Part shown: one piece after another, positions 16,316 through 26,904 of the stretch
Layout of the letters: each line of letters starts with the position of its first letter
How positions within the stretch are numbered: the first letter of the stretch is position 1
Assembly (NCBI GenBank): GCA_045594305.1
Contig: JAZNYH010000034.1
Coordinates: 484 to 64,483, forward strand
Direction: 5' to 3'
DNA from: Eubacteriales bacterium
GTDB lineage: Bacteria > Bacillota > Clostridia > Oscillospirales > CAG-272
DNA length: 64,000 bases
The notes under the pieces: generated by a model
Told to the model about the DNA's origin: nothing
Seen by the model: the letters and a program-made list of their open reading frames with translations, nothing else
Databases searched by the model: none
Position numbers and translations under genes: made by a program

Positions 16316-17126
16316 AGCGTTTGGTGGGTGGAGTGCCGAAGCGTTTTTTGTAAAGACGATAGAAGGCTGAGTAGTCACGAAAGCCACACTCATGGCAAGC
16401 CTCTAAGACGCCCATTCCCTTGTCGAGCTTTTTATTGAATAGAATTAGTCGCTTTGTGATTATGTAGTTATGTATAGAGGTGTTTGTTGCCCTCTTAAAA
16501 AGCCTTGACACCTGTGAGGGGCTTATGTGCAGGCTTGTGGCTATTTTTTCGATTGTGATATCCTCTGTTAGATGCTCATTGACAAGGGCGATTAGCTCCT
16601 TTTCCATTTGGTTTTCTGCAATATGTGTTTCTCCCTTTTTATTAAAAGCCACATTTATTTCGCTAAGGAGCGAAAGGAGTGAGGATAAAACCGCATCTCT
16701 TGGCGAAAGATATTCCCCCTCTGCAAACATTTTTTCAAAGTAGACAGACGGGGCTATATGGTCAAGCTCCTCAGCAAGGTACATATTCTTCTCTCCTAAG
16801 CCTCTTTTTCTAAACGGAGCGAGCATATCCCTTGAAAAGCCTGCATCTAAAATTAAGCTCGGCGTGAAGTTAAGAACATATCTTTCATATTCGGTATTTT
16901 TATTTATGATTAGGTTGTGCGTTTCGCTTGGTCGCATCAGCATAACTGCTCCCTGATGGAGCTTATAGAGGTTGCCCTCTACCATATAATCAACCTTTCC
17001 CTTAACAAGGCACAAAAGCTCATAGCTGTCGTGAATATGCGAGGTGAAGTCGCTATTTTTGGGTTGCTCATCAAGTGAGTGAGATAGGCTAAAGCCCTCG
17101 CCGTTTATTGATTTTAAAATGCCCAT
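16314..17126 (-). CDS. AraC family transcriptional regulator (cupin domain plus HTH)
   Basis: The C-terminal ...ACHECGFRDYSAFYRLYKKRFGTPP is an AraC HTH. RBS AAAGGAGAGG lies before MGILKS. Confidence 0.8.
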   Translation of the reverse strand: MGILKSINGEGFSLSHSLDEQPKNSDFTSHIHDSYELLCLVKGKVDYMVEGNLYKLHQGAVMLMRPSETHNLIINKNTEYERYVLNFTPSLILDAGFSRDMLAPFRKRGLGEKNMYLAEELDHIAPSVYFEKMFAEGEYLSPRDAVLSSLLSLLSEINVAFNKKGETHIAENQMEKELIALVNEHLTEDITIEKIATSLHISPSQVSRLFKRATNTSIHNYIITKRLILFNKKLDKGMGVLEACHECGFRDYSAFYRLYKKRFGTPPTKR

Positions 17127-17266
17127 TTGACCTCTCCTTTTCGTTTCTATCATTATTTTATCGCATTATGACAAGAAATACAATATATTTTGATAAAAAA
17201 AGCAATTGTATTGCAAATTTATTTATTGTATAATATTATTAAAGACTTTATATTTAAGGAGATATT

Positions 17267-18319
17267 ATGAAGCTTACATTTCGTTGGTATGGTGATACAG
17301 ATCCCGTAACGCTCGACAAGATACGACAAATTCCAAAAATGAGTGGTATTGTGTCTGCGATTTACAATGTTGCTCCTGGTCAGGTATGGTCAAACGAGAG
17401 CATCTTAGAGCTTAAACGCAAGGCAAACGAAAATGGTCTTGAATTTGAGGTGGTTGAGAGCGTTCCTGTGCCTGAGGAAATAAAATACGGTGGCGAGAAC
17501 GCACCACAGCTTATTGAAAACTACTGTGAAAATGTTCGCCGTCTTGGCAAGGCAGGTGTTAAGTGCATTTGCTACAACTTTATGCCTGTGTTTGACTGGC
17601 TAAGGAGCGAGCTTGAAAGGCAGAGCGAGGACGGCTCAAATTCTCTTGCCTATAACGAGGAAACTGTTCTCTCTATGAACCCTCTAACGAGCGAGCTTTC
17701 CTTGCCCGGTTGGGATGAGAGCTACTCTAAGGCTGAGCTTAGCAAGCTTATAGAAAAGTACAAGAAAATCGGCAAGGACGGGCTTTGGAAAAACCTTACC
17801 GCCTTTCTTGAAAGGGTTATTCCCGTCGCTCACGAGGCAGGGGTAAATATGGCTATTCACCCTGATGATCCACCGTGGGATATATTTGGTCTTCCAAGAA
17901 TTATTACAAGCATTGAGAATATTAGACGCTTCCTTAGCATTGTTCCAATGAAGGAAAATGGCATTACCTTCTGCACAGGCTCTCTTGGTGCGTCAAGGGA
18001 TAACGACCTTGTCGCTATGGCTGGTGAGCTTGCAGAGCGTGTTCATTTCCTGCACCTAAGAAACATTCTTATAACGGGCGAGCGTGAGTTCCACGAGGTT
18101 GGACACCCTACTGATTGTGGCTCTCTTGATATGTTCGGCATTGTTAAGGCTCTTGTTGAAAACGGCTTTGACGGCTATGTGCGTCCCGACCACGGAAGAA
18201 TGATTTGGGGTGAGCGTGGCAGATATGGATATGGTCTATACGATAGAGCTCTTGGTGCGTGCTACATAACAGGTCTTTTCGAGGGCATTGAAAAGATGAG
18301 AGGTGCGTGCAATGGTTAA
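17267..18319 (+). CDS. uxuA: Mannonate dehydratase
   Basis: MKLTFRWYGDTDPVTLDKIRQIP is a typical UxuA N-terminus, and the 350-aa length fits. Confidence 0.85.
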   Translation: MKLTFRWYGDTDPVTLDKIRQIPKMSGIVSAIYNVAPGQVWSNESILELKRKANENGLEFEVVESVPVPEEIKYGGENAPQLIENYCENVRRLGKAGVKCICYNFMPVFDWLRSELERQSEDGSNSLAYNEETVLSMNPLTSELSLPGWDESYSKAELSKLIEKYKKIGKDGLWKNLTAFLERVIPVAHEAGVNMAIHPDDPPWDIFGLPRIITSIENIRRFLSIVPMKENGITFCTGSLGASRDNDLVAMAGELAERVHFLHLRNILITGEREFHEVGHPTDCGSLDMFGIVKALVENGFDGYVRPDHGRMIWGERGRYGYGLYDRALGACYITGLFEGIEKMRGACNG

Positions 18320-19328
18320 TTCTCGACACATAGATGATTATTTTGTGCTTGATGGCAAGCCTATTACCTCTCTTGACGCTTGGAAAATCAGGCGTGAGGA
18401 ATTAAAAAATGCCTTTCAAAGGCATCAATACGGCTTTCGCCCCGAGCATATCACTCCAAGCATAAGAGTTAGTGACGGACCTCTTAGCTTTGCATCAAAG
18501 GTACGCTGGGATGAGGTATATTTCACCTTTGAAAGAGGCGACAAAAGTCACACAGTAAAGGCAAATCTTTTGCTCCCTAAGGGCAAGGACAAGGTTCCTA
18601 TGTTCTTGGATATTAGCTTTTTAAGAGAGGTGCCTCACAAGTATCTACCTCTTGAAGAAATTATAGATAATGGCTTTGGCGTTTTCTCGTTTTGCTACGA
18701 GGATGTAACAACAGATAATGGCGATTTTGAAAATGGTCTTGCAGGACTTTTTGAGGGTGACTATGGAAAGCTTAGCCTTTGGTCCTATATGGCATCAATT
18801 TGTATGGATTATCTCTGCACAAGAGATGAGGTTGACAAGGACAATGTGGCTATAATTGGACATTCCCGTCTTGGTAAAACTGCTCTTTTGACCTCTGCCC
18901 TTGATGAGAGATTTATTCTCACCTGCTCAAATGAAAGTGGTTGCTGTGGGGCTGCGATTTCAAGAGAAAAGCCAAGCGATGCAGAGGCTCTTTCTGATAT
19001 AATTGGGACATTCCCGTTTTGGTTTATTCGCTCATTTTCAAGCGATGCGTCTGTTCTTCCGTTTGATCAGCATATGCTCCTTGCTCTTATCGCTCCAAGA
19101 TATGTAATGATTGGTGCTGCAATAGAGGATGTGTGGGCAGATAACGAGGGACAGCTACTCTCTTGTCAGCTTGCCTCCAAGGCTTGGGGCTATTACGGCA
19201 AGGGTGGATTATCAGCTGACCTTGACAGTGGCGAGGTTGCCTTCTACACAAGAGGTGGCTCTCACTTCCTAAGTCGTGAGGATTGGCAAAGATATATGAA
19301 AAAATTCAAGGAAATTATTAAGAGGTAA
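18312..19328 (+). CDS. Alpha/beta hydrolase, glucuronoyl-esterase (CE15)-like
   Basis: The IIGHSRLGKTAL motif resembles the CE15 G-x-S-R-x-G nucleophile elbow, and the gene sits beside uxuA. RBS GAGAGG lies 8 nt before the ATG at 18312. Confidence 0.5.
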   Translation: MVNSRHIDDYFVLDGKPITSLDAWKIRREELKNAFQRHQYGFRPEHITPSIRVSDGPLSFASKVRWDEVYFTFERGDKSHTVKANLLLPKGKDKVPMFLDISFLREVPHKYLPLEEIIDNGFGVFSFCYEDVTTDNGDFENGLAGLFEGDYGKLSLWSYMASICMDYLCTRDEVDKDNVAIIGHSRLGKTALLTSALDERFILTCSNESGCCGAAISREKPSDAEALSDIIGTFPFWFIRSFSSDASVLPFDQHMLLALIAPRYVMIGAAIEDVWADNEGQLLSCQLASKAWGYYGKGGLSADLDSGEVAFYTRGGSHFLSREDWQRYMKKFKEIIKR

Positions 19329-19332
19329 CGCT

Positions 19333-20157
19333 ATGATAGATAATAAGCTTATTGTAATTACCGGTGCTGGTGGAGTTTTGTGCTCATCATTTGCAAGGGA
19401 GCTTGCTAAAAATGGTGCAAGGGTTGCTCTGCTTGATATAAACGAGCAGGCAATTAAGGAGCTTGCTGATGAGATTAATGCCGAGGGTGGCTGTGCTCAC
19501 GCCTACGCTTGTAGCGTGCTTGACAAGGCGTCTCTTGAGGGTGTGCACGAGAAAATTCTAAGCGAGCTTGGAAAATGTGATATTTTGATAAATGGCGCAG
19601 GTGGAAACAGTCCAAGATGCACGCTTGCAAACGAATATTACGAAAAGGGGCTTGAAGCACGAGAGGACATCAAAACCTTCTTCAATATTGATATGAACGA
19701 TTTTGGCTTTGTGTTCGACCTCAACATTGTTGGTACGCTTTTACCGACACAGGTATTCTCCGTTGACATGCTAAATGGCGAGGGTGTTATCATAAATATC
19801 TCCTCTATGAACGCATTTAGACCTCTTACTAAAATACCCGCTTACAGCTGTGCTAAGAGTGCGGTTTCTAACCTTACTATGTGGCTTGCAGTTCACTTTG
19901 CAGCCGCCAATATAAGAGTAAACGCAATTGCTCCTGGCTTCTTTGTGACTAAGCAAAACAAGGATTTGCTTTTCCAAGACGGAAAGCCAACTCAGCGTAC
20001 AGAAAAAATTCTTAACGCTACACCTATGGGACGCTTTGGCAAGCCTGAGGAGCTACTTGGAACTCTCTTGTGGCTCTGCGACAATGAAAAATCGGGCTTT
20101 GTTACTGGCATTGTAGTTCCTGTTGATGGTGGATTTAGTGCTTATTCGGGGGTATAA
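19333..20157 (+). CDS. SDR family oxidoreductase (UxuB-like position)
   Basis: Contains ITGAGGVLCSSFA and the YSCAK catalytic motif. Confidence 0.75.
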   Translation: MIDNKLIVITGAGGVLCSSFARELAKNGARVALLDINEQAIKELADEINAEGGCAHAYACSVLDKASLEGVHEKILSELGKCDILINGAGGNSPRCTLANEYYEKGLEAREDIKTFFNIDMNDFGFVFDLNIVGTLLPTQVFSVDMLNGEGVIINISSMNAFRPLTKIPAYSCAKSAVSNLTMWLAVHFAAANIRVNAIAPGFFVTKQNKDLLFQDGKPTQRTEKILNATPMGRFGKPEELLGTLLWLCDNEKSGFVTGIVVPVDGGFSAYSGV

Positions 20158-20158
20158 T

Positions 20159-20980
20159 ATGAGACTTTGTGCTTTTGCAGACGAGGCAAGCGTTGACCTC
20201 GCAGGTCAAATTAATGCCCTCAAAAGAAATGGTATAGAAATGCTTGAAATTCGTGGTGTTGACGGCGATAATATCAAGGATATTCCTCACTCGAAAATCA
20301 AGGAAATCAAAAGGGCTCTTGATGAAAATGGTCTTAGGGTGTGGTCGATTGGCTCTCCCTGTGGAAAGGCTGACCCTTGTGTGGATTTTGGCAAGCAATT
20401 GGATAGCTTTAAGCACATATGCGAGAGTGCTCAAATTCTCGGTGCTAAGAGAATTAGATTATTTAGCTTCTTCACAAATGATGAAGCTATTGCAATTGAC
20501 AGACTTAGACAGCTTTTGATGGCTAAGCCAAGTGATATTATTCTCTGCCACGAGAACGAAAAGGGTATCTTTGGCGACACGGCTGAGCGTTGCGAGATAA
20601 TTCACAAGGCTTTGCCCGAGATTAAGGCAATATTCGACCCTGCGAACTTTGTTCAATGCGATGTCGACACTATGCATGCGTGGGAGCTTTTGCACCCATA
20701 CATTGAATATATGCACATAAAGGACGCCTTGAAGGATAAAAGGGTTGTTCGTGCAGGATATGGTATTGGAAATATTGAATATCTTGTGGGCGAGTATGCT
20801 AAGCTGGGTGGCGAGGTGCTAACCCTTGAGCCTCATCTTATGGAATTTTGTGGTCTTGCAGAGCTTGAAAATGGCGAGAGTGTGTCGCAAATTCCAACAT
20901 ACAAGACAAACGACGAGGCGTTTGATGCAGGTGCTGATGCCTTAAAGGAAATTTTAATTCGAGGTGGATTATGGAAATAG
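20159..20980 (+). CDS. Sugar phosphate isomerase/epimerase (xylose-isomerase-like TIM barrel)
   Basis: MRLCAFADEAS...HIKD... is family-typical. The start is placed just after the SDR stop. Confidence 0.7.
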   Translation: MRLCAFADEASVDLAGQINALKRNGIEMLEIRGVDGDNIKDIPHSKIKEIKRALDENGLRVWSIGSPCGKADPCVDFGKQLDSFKHICESAQILGAKRIRLFSFFTNDEAIAIDRLRQLLMAKPSDIILCHENEKGIFGDTAERCEIIHKALPEIKAIFDPANFVQCDVDTMHAWELLHPYIEYMHIKDALKDKRVVRAGYGIGNIEYLVGEYAKLGGEVLTLEPHLMEFCGLAELENGESVSQIPTYKTNDEAFDAGADALKEILIRGGLWK

Positions 20981-21726
20981 GAGCTCAATTTTATACATTG
21001 AGAGATCATTGCACTAATCTTGATGATTTTGCTCTATCTCTTAAAAGGATAGCTGAGATTGGCTATAAGGTAGTACAAATTTCAGGTGTTTGCCCATATG
21101 AGCCAGAGTGGCTTGATGAGCAGTTAAAGAAAAATGGTTTAAGATGCGTGCTTACACACTTTGATGCACAAAAAATCAAGGACACACCCGAGGCTGTGGT
21201 TGATTTTCACAACACCTTTGGCTGTAAGTGCATCGGTCTTGGCTCTATGCCAAATGGCGTAGTTACCGAGCAAAGCTGTGAAGATTTCATTCGTGATTAC
21301 AAAGGCAGTGCTAAGGCAATAAAGGAAAAGGGCTCTTCTCTTTTCTATCACAACCACAACTGGGAGTTTACAAGACGCTCTGACGGAAAATGGATTATCG
21401 AAAGGCTTGCAGAGGCGTTTGAGCCTGATGAGCTACAATTCACCCTCGACACCTACTGGGTTCAGCACGGTGGAGCTGATGTTTGTGATGTTATTGATAT
21501 GCTAAGTGGCAGACTTAAATGTGTTCACTTGAAGGATATGGCAACTGTTGACGGCGAGCAAAGAATGGCTCCTGTCGGCAGAGGAAATCTCAACTTTAAA
21601 AAGATAATTAAGCATCTTAAGGACGCAGGCTGCGAGTATATGCTCGTTGAGCAGGACAACTGCTATGGCGAGGACCCGTTTGAGTGTCTTAAAGAAAGCT
21701 ATGAATATTTAAGGAGCATACTATGA
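20971..21726 (+). CDS. Sugar phosphate isomerase/epimerase (xylose-isomerase-like TIM barrel)
   Basis: GAQFYTLRD...VHLKD...LVEQD is typical of the family. It overlaps both neighbouring genes. Confidence 0.7.
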   Translation: MEIGAQFYTLRDHCTNLDDFALSLKRIAEIGYKVVQISGVCPYEPEWLDEQLKKNGLRCVLTHFDAQKIKDTPEAVVDFHNTFGCKCIGLGSMPNGVVTEQSCEDFIRDYKGSAKAIKEKGSSLFYHNHNWEFTRRSDGKWIIERLAEAFEPDELQFTLDTYWVQHGGADVCDVIDMLSGRLKCVHLKDMATVDGEQRMAPVGRGNLNFKKIIKHLKDAGCEYMLVEQDNCYGEDPFECLKESYEYLRSIL

Positions 21727-22907
21727 AAAAGATAAAGCTTGGAATTATTGGTTTTGGTAATATCGGTATGGTTCACACCGACAACATTATAAATGGCAAG
21801 TGCGAAAGCGTTGAGCTTGTTGCTGTTTGCGACATAAAAGATGAAAAGCTCGCTATGGCAAGGGAAAAGTCTGCTGACATTCTTCTCTTTAAGGACGCTG
21901 AGGAAATGATGGACAGTGGAAAAATTGATTCCGTGCTCGTTTGCGTCCCTCACTACGACCACCCAAAATATGCTATTATGGCAATGCAAAAGGGACTCCA
22001 CACTCTTATTGAAAAGCCCGCAGGTGTATACACAAAGCAGGTTATCGAGATGAATGAGGTTGCAAAAAGGAGCAATGTTGTCTTTGGAATTATGATGAAC
22101 CAAAGAACAAACTGCATCTATCGTAAGATGCGTGAGATTGTAAAGAGTGGCCGTCTTGGTGAAATCAAGAGAACCAATCTTATTATAACCGACTGGTATA
22201 GATCTCAAATTTACTATGACTCAGGCGATTGGCGTGCTACCTGGTCAGGCGAGGGTGGTGGAGTTCTTCTCAACCAATGCCCACACAACCTTGACCTTTG
22301 GCAATGGATTTGTGGTATGCCAACTAAGGTAGAGGCTAAGCTTCACTTTGGAAAATGGCACGATATCGAGGTTGAGGACGATGTTAGTGCGTATGTTGAA
22401 TATGCGAATGGCGCAACTGGTCTATTCGTTACCTCAACTGGTGACTCTCTTGGAACTAACCGCTTTGAGATAACTCTTGAAAAGGGTAAGCTTGTTGCTG
22501 AGGGTGGCGAGCTTAAAATGTGGGAGAGCGAGATTAGTGAGAAGGAATTTTCTAAGATTAATGAAAATCCATTCGCAGCACCAAGCTCAACCTTCTCTAT
22601 TGTTGAAACTGATGGCGAAAATCCTCAGCACGCAGGCGTTCTTAATGCGTTTGCATCTGCTATCCTTAATGGAACTGAGCTTGTCGCAAGAGGCGAGGAG
22701 GGTATAAATGGTCTTACCCTTTCAAATGCTATGCACCTCTCTGCTTGGCTCGGCAAGGAAATTACCATTGCAGAGTTTGACCACGACCTATTTTACGAGG
22801 AGCTTAAAAAGCGTATTGACACATCAAGACGCAAGACAACCGTCGCAAGCGTTGGTAAGATTGATATGCAGGACTCCTTTGTCGCTAAGCACTATAAGAC
22901 AACCTAA
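21723..22907 (+). CDS. Gfo/Idh/MocA family oxidoreductase
   Basis: KLGIIGFGNIGMVH Rossmann motif and EKPAG. Confidence 0.85.
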   Translation: MKKIKLGIIGFGNIGMVHTDNIINGKCESVELVAVCDIKDEKLAMAREKSADILLFKDAEEMMDSGKIDSVLVCVPHYDHPKYAIMAMQKGLHTLIEKPAGVYTKQVIEMNEVAKRSNVVFGIMMNQRTNCIYRKMREIVKSGRLGEIKRTNLIITDWYRSQIYYDSGDWRATWSGEGGGVLLNQCPHNLDLWQWICGMPTKVEAKLHFGKWHDIEVEDDVSAYVEYANGATGLFVTSTGDSLGTNRFEITLEKGKLVAEGGELKMWESEISEKEFSKINENPFAAPSSTFSIVETDGENPQHAGVLNAFASAILNGTELVARGEEGINGLTLSNAMHLSAWLGKEITIAEFDHDLFYEELKKRIDTSRRKTTVASVGKIDMQDSFVAKHYKTT

Positions 22908-22910
22908 CAT

Positions 22911-22945
22911 AAAAAGCAATCGAGCGTGGCTCGATTGCTTTTTTA
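22911..22945. terminator. Bidirectional terminator
   Basis: AGCAATCGAGC-GTG-GCTCGATTGCT flanked by A/T runs. Confidence 0.7.
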
Positions 22946-24100
22946 TTTTGCAGTTTTTCTTAGCATTACCTCAAAAAGAGCTATCATTGCTATTGTGAGT
23001 ATTCCTATATACACAGGGAAAAGCGATGCCGATATATGCTCTGCGATAAGTCCAAAGAGTGGTGGCATAAGGCAGGTGCCTGTGTACGCACTCGCCATTT
23101 GCACGCCTATCATTGCCTGAGATTTATCCGCTCCAAAGCGTACAGGCGTGGAGTGGATTATACAGGGATATACAGGTGCACTTCCTAAGCCAAACACAAT
23201 TATTCCTACAAAGGAAACGGCATTGATTGGAGCAAAGAGCATTACAAGACCAAGGAGCATTATTCCCTCGCCTAAGCGTGTCATTTGAATATCGTTTAGC
23301 TTCATTGAAATAAAGCCACTTATTGCTCTGCCAAGCGTGATGCCAAGCAGGTAAAGGCTACCCCAAAACGCAGAGGTATCTGCATCTATTCCCCTCACCT
23401 CATTGAAGTAGGTGCTTGCCCACAAAATTGCAGTTGCTTCAAGTGCACAATAGCAAAAGAAGGTTACCATTATTGCCTTTGCACCCTTGATTGACAAAAT
23501 TTCCTTTAATTTGATTGGTGGCAAGGACTCCTTTTGCTCGTTCTGCTCCTTCATTGGCTTTTTCCAAAGAGGCATTGATGCGAAAATTATTACGCAAATT
23601 ACCACTTGAATTGCAGATATTATTATGTAGCCCTTGTGCCAGCCAAGAGAGCTTGTAAGTGCATAGCCCATTATTGTAGGACCTACTGCTGCGCCTATTC
23701 CCCACATACAATGTAGCCAGCTCATATGCTTGCTTTCAAAGTGAAGGGATACATAGTTGTTAAGGGCAGCGTCTACGCTTCCTGCTCCAAGTCCGTATGG
23801 TATAGCAAGCACGCACAGGTGCCAAAAGCTACTGCTAAGACCAAAGCCCAAAAGTGCAAGTGCTGTTATAAGGGTGCTTATTGCCGTTGTTTTCGATGCA
23901 CCAAAGCGCTTAGTTATTCTATCGCTCATTAGACTTGAAAAAATAGTGCCTGCGGCAATTATTGCAGAAATTATTCCTGCATATGATATATTTGCTCCTA
24001 TCTCCTCGTGCATAGACGGCCAAGCTGAGCCGAGCACCGAGTCAGGTAGTCCAAGGCTTATAAAGGTAAGATACAAGATTGCAAGTAATAGTGTTAGCAT
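22943..24100 (-). CDS. MFS transporter
   Basis: About 12 hydrophobic segments, with a family-like N-terminus (LGLPDSVLGSAWPSM). Confidence 0.75.
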   Translation of the reverse strand: MLTLLLAILYLTFISLGLPDSVLGSAWPSMHEEIGANISYAGIISAIIAAGTIFSSLMSDRITKRFGASKTTAISTLITALALLGFGLSSSFWHLCVLAIPYGLGAGSVDAALNNYVSLHFESKHMSWLHCMWGIGAAVGPTIMGYALTSSLGWHKGYIIISAIQVVICVIIFASMPLWKKPMKEQNEQKESLPPIKLKEILSIKGAKAIMVTFFCYCALEATAILWASTYFNEVRGIDADTSAFWGSLYLLGITLGRAISGFISMKLNDIQMTRLGEGIMLLGLVMLFAPINAVSFVGIIVFGLGSAPVYPCIIHSTPVRFGADKSQAMIGVQMASAYTGTCLMPPLFGLIAEHISASLFPVYIGILTIAMIALFEVMLRKTAK

Positions 24101-24258
24101 AGCCTCTCCTAATTAGTTTTTTGTTCCCTCATATTCTATCATTAAAAGCACTGTCTTTCAAGAAATTTTTAAAAAAATTTGAATATCTTTACAAATATTG
24201 AAAAATAATGTATAATGTGATTAAAGCTCATGCTTTATTCTTTTTCAGAGGTGAATTT

Positions 24259-26049
24259 ATGAAAATTACAAACGATATTAAGTACATTGGTGTAAACGAC
24301 CACAAGATTGACCTTTTTGAGGGACAATATGTTGTGCCAGAGGGAATGAGCTACAACTCATATGCTATTATAGATGAAAAAATCGCAATTATGGATACGG
24401 TTGACGCTATGTTCACTCACGAGTGGCTCGACAACATTCAAAACACCTTGGGTGAAAAATCACCCGATTACCTAATCGTTCAGCATATGGAGCCTGACCA
24501 CTCTGCAAATATTGCAAGCTTTGTAAGGGCTTATCCAAGTGCTAAAATCGTTTCCTCTGCTAAGGCGTTTGCTATGATGAAGGGCTTTTTTGGAACTGAC
24601 TTTTCAGCAAAGCAAATCGTAGTTGGCGAGGGAGATACGCTTTGCCTTGGCAAGCACACCCTTACCTTCGTAACCGCTCCTATGGTGCATTGGCCAGAGG
24701 TTATTGTAACCTATGATAGCACGGACAAGGTTCTTTTCTCTGCTGACGGCTTTGGAAAGTTCGGTGCTATTGACACATATGATGGTGATTGGGCGTGCGA
24801 GGCAAGACGCTACTACTTCGGTATTGTTGGAAAATATGGCGTACAGGTTCAAAATCTACTTAAAAAGGCATCTGGTCTTGATATTCAAATCATATGCCCA
24901 CTACACGGTCCTGTGCTTAGTGAAAATCTCGGCTATTATCTCGGTCTTTACAACACATGGTCGAGCTATCAGCCCGAGGAGGAGGGTATTGTTATTGCGT
25001 ACACCTCTGTTTACGGAAACACAAAAAGAGCTGTTTTACAGCTTGCTGACAAGCTAAGAGAGCGTGGCTGTCCTAAGGTTGTTATAAATGACCTTGCAAG
25101 ATGCGATATGCACGAGGCTATCGAGGACGCCTTCCGTTATAACAAGCTTGTTTTGGCTACAACAACCTACAATGCAGAGATTTTCCCATATATGCGTGAG
25201 TTTATCTCTCATTTAACCGAGCGTAATTTTAGCAATCGTACAATTGCTCTTATTGAAAATGGAAGCTGGGCTCCTATGGCGATAAGGGTTATGCGTGGTA
25301 TGCTTGAAAAATGCAAGAATATAACCTATGCTGAAAACACGGTGAAGATAATGTCCGCTCTTAATGATGAAAGCACCGCTCAGCTAAATGCCTTGGCTGA
25401 TGAGCTTTGCAAGGAATATGTTGCTATTAGCGATGAGGCAAATAAAAATGACCTTAATGCTCTATTCAATATCGGCTACGGCTTGTATGTTGTAACCTCT
25501 AATGACGGCAAGAAGGACAATGGTCTTATCGTAAATACAATTACACAGGTGACAAATACGCCTAACAGAGTGGCTGTAACCATCAACAAGGAAAACTACT
25601 CTCACCATGTAATCAAGCAAAGTGGTATTATGAATATCAACTGTCTAAGCGTTGACGCTCCGTTTGCTGTGTTTGAAAAATTCGGCTTTACAAGTGGTAG
25701 AAATACAGATAAATTCGAGGGCTGTGAGCCACTACGCTCCGATAATGGTCTTATCTTCCTACCAAGATATATAAACTCATTTATGTCATTGAGGGTTGAG
25801 CAATATATAGACCTTGACACTCACGGAATGTTTATATGCTCTATTACCGAGGCAAGAGTTCTATCCGACAAGGAAACAATGACCTACTCCTACTATCACG
25901 AGAATGTAAAGCCCAAGCCTGAGACGGCAGGGGTTAAGGGATATGTGTGCAAGATTTGTGGATATATCTACGAGGGCGATGTGCTTCCTGATGATATTGT
26001 TTGTCCTCTTTGCAAGCACGGAGCTGCTGATTTTGAAAAAATAAAATAA
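24259..26049 (+). CDS. Multidomain flavodiiron protein (metallo-beta-lactamase-like diiron, flavodoxin, flavin-reductase-like and rubredoxin domains)
   Basis: The HMEPDH diiron motif is present. The C-terminal [12 protein letters not shown]...CPLCKHG is a rubredoxin. Confidence 0.8.
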   Translation: MKITNDIKYIGVNDHKIDLFEGQYVVPEGMSYNSYAIIDEKIAIMDTVDAMFTHEWLDNIQNTLGEKSPDYLIVQHMEPDHSANIASFVRAYPSAKIVSSAKAFAMMKGFFGTDFSAKQIVVGEGDTLCLGKHTLTFVTAPMVHWPEVIVTYDSTDKVLFSADGFGKFGAIDTYDGDWACEARRYYFGIVGKYGVQVQNLLKKASGLDIQIICPLHGPVLSENLGYYLGLYNTWSSYQPEEEGIVIAYTSVYGNTKRAVLQLADKLRERGCPKVVINDLARCDMHEAIEDAFRYNKLVLATTTYNAEIFPYMREFISHLTERNFSNRTIALIENGSWAPMAIRVMRGMLEKCKNITYAENTVKIMSALNDESTAQLNALADELCKEYVAISDEANKNDLNALFNIGYGLYVVTSNDGKKDNGLIVNTITQVTNTPNRVAVTINKENYSHHVIKQSGIMNINCLSVDAPFAVFEKFGFTSGRNTDKFEGCEPLRSDNGLIFLPRYINSFMSLRVEQYIDLDTHGMFICSITEARVLSDKETMTYSYYHENVKPKPETAGVKGYVCKICGYIYEGDVLPDDIVCPLCKHGAADFEKIK

Positions 26050-26074
26050 TTTTAATATAGAGGAGATTTTAATT

Positions 26075-26236
26075 ATGAGTAAGTATGTATGCGATGTATG
26101 TGGTTGGGAATACGATGAGGAGCTTGGCGATCCAGAAAACGGCATCGCTCCCGGCACTAAGTTCGAGGACCTTGGAGATGATTTCGTTTGCCCTCTTTGT
26201 GGAGTTGGCAAGGAAGACTTTTCAAAGGAGGACTAA
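26075..26236 (+). CDS. Rubredoxin (53 aa; below the ORF-track length cutoff)
   Basis: RBS GAGGAG is present. The translation is [53 protein letters not shown], with two CxxC pairs. Confidence 0.85.
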   Translation: MSKYVCDVCGWEYDEELGDPENGIAPGTKFEDLGDDFVCPLCGVGKEDFSKED

Positions 26237-26251
26237 TAGTCCTAAGCTAAT

Positions 26252-26285
26252 AAAAAACCGAGGCGATTGCCTCGGTTTTGTTTTT
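26252..26285. terminator. Bidirectional terminator between rubredoxin and mscL
   Basis: CCGAGGC-GATT-GCCTCGG flanked by A/T runs. Confidence 0.75.
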
Positions 26286-26904
26286 ATTTGGTTTCCATAA
26301 CAGCCAAAATCTTTTTGAGAAGGTCCTCTGTGGTTGGATTAGCTTCTCTTTCAAGGCGAGCCTTTTCATCAGCCTCAGCCTTTGCCTTAGCCTCATCCTC
26401 TGCCTTCTTTGCAAAGTAAGCGTCAACTGCTTCCTTGTCGCTGAGCTTAATGCCCTGAGCCTTCATAGCCTTCTTGTCTTCCTTAGAATACTTGCCTGGC
26501 TTGATTGTCTTGCCTTCCTTAACATTGTTGATAACTCTAACAATGCAGAAAAGAACAAGTGCGATAAGAATGAAGTTGATAATTGCGTTAATGAATGAGC
26601 CCCAGTCAATGTAGTAGGAGTTTGCAAGGTCAATCTCGCTACCGATAATGTTGCCTTCCTTGTCTAATACATCCTTCATAGCAGGCTCGCCAAGGTATGT
26701 ATAGATCTCTGTCAAGCCCTTCTTTGTTCCTGTGATCCAGAACATAACGGTTGCGATTACGAAGTTAACAATTGGCTTCAAGATAAAGTTGGAAAGACCA
26801 TTAACTATTGCAGTGAATGCTCCACCAACGATAACACCAACAGCCATGTCAACAACATTGCCACGAGTGATGAATTTTTTGAATTCAGCAAAAAATTTCT
26901 TCAT
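26284..26904 (-). CDS. mscL: Large-conductance mechanosensitive channel, long variant
   Basis: FKKFITRGNVVDMAVGVIVGGAFTAIVNGL is the MscL signature. At 206 aa it has an extended loop and a charged tail. Confidence 0.8.
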   Translation of the reverse strand: MKKFFAEFKKFITRGNVVDMAVGVIVGGAFTAIVNGLSNFILKPIVNFVIATVMFWITGTKKGLTEIYTYLGEPAMKDVLDKEGNIIGSEIDLANSYYIDWGSFINAIINFILIALVLFCIVRVINNVKEGKTIKPGKYSKEDKKAMKAQGIKLSDKEAVDAYFAKKAEDEAKAKAEADEKARLEREANPTTEDLLKKILAVMETK

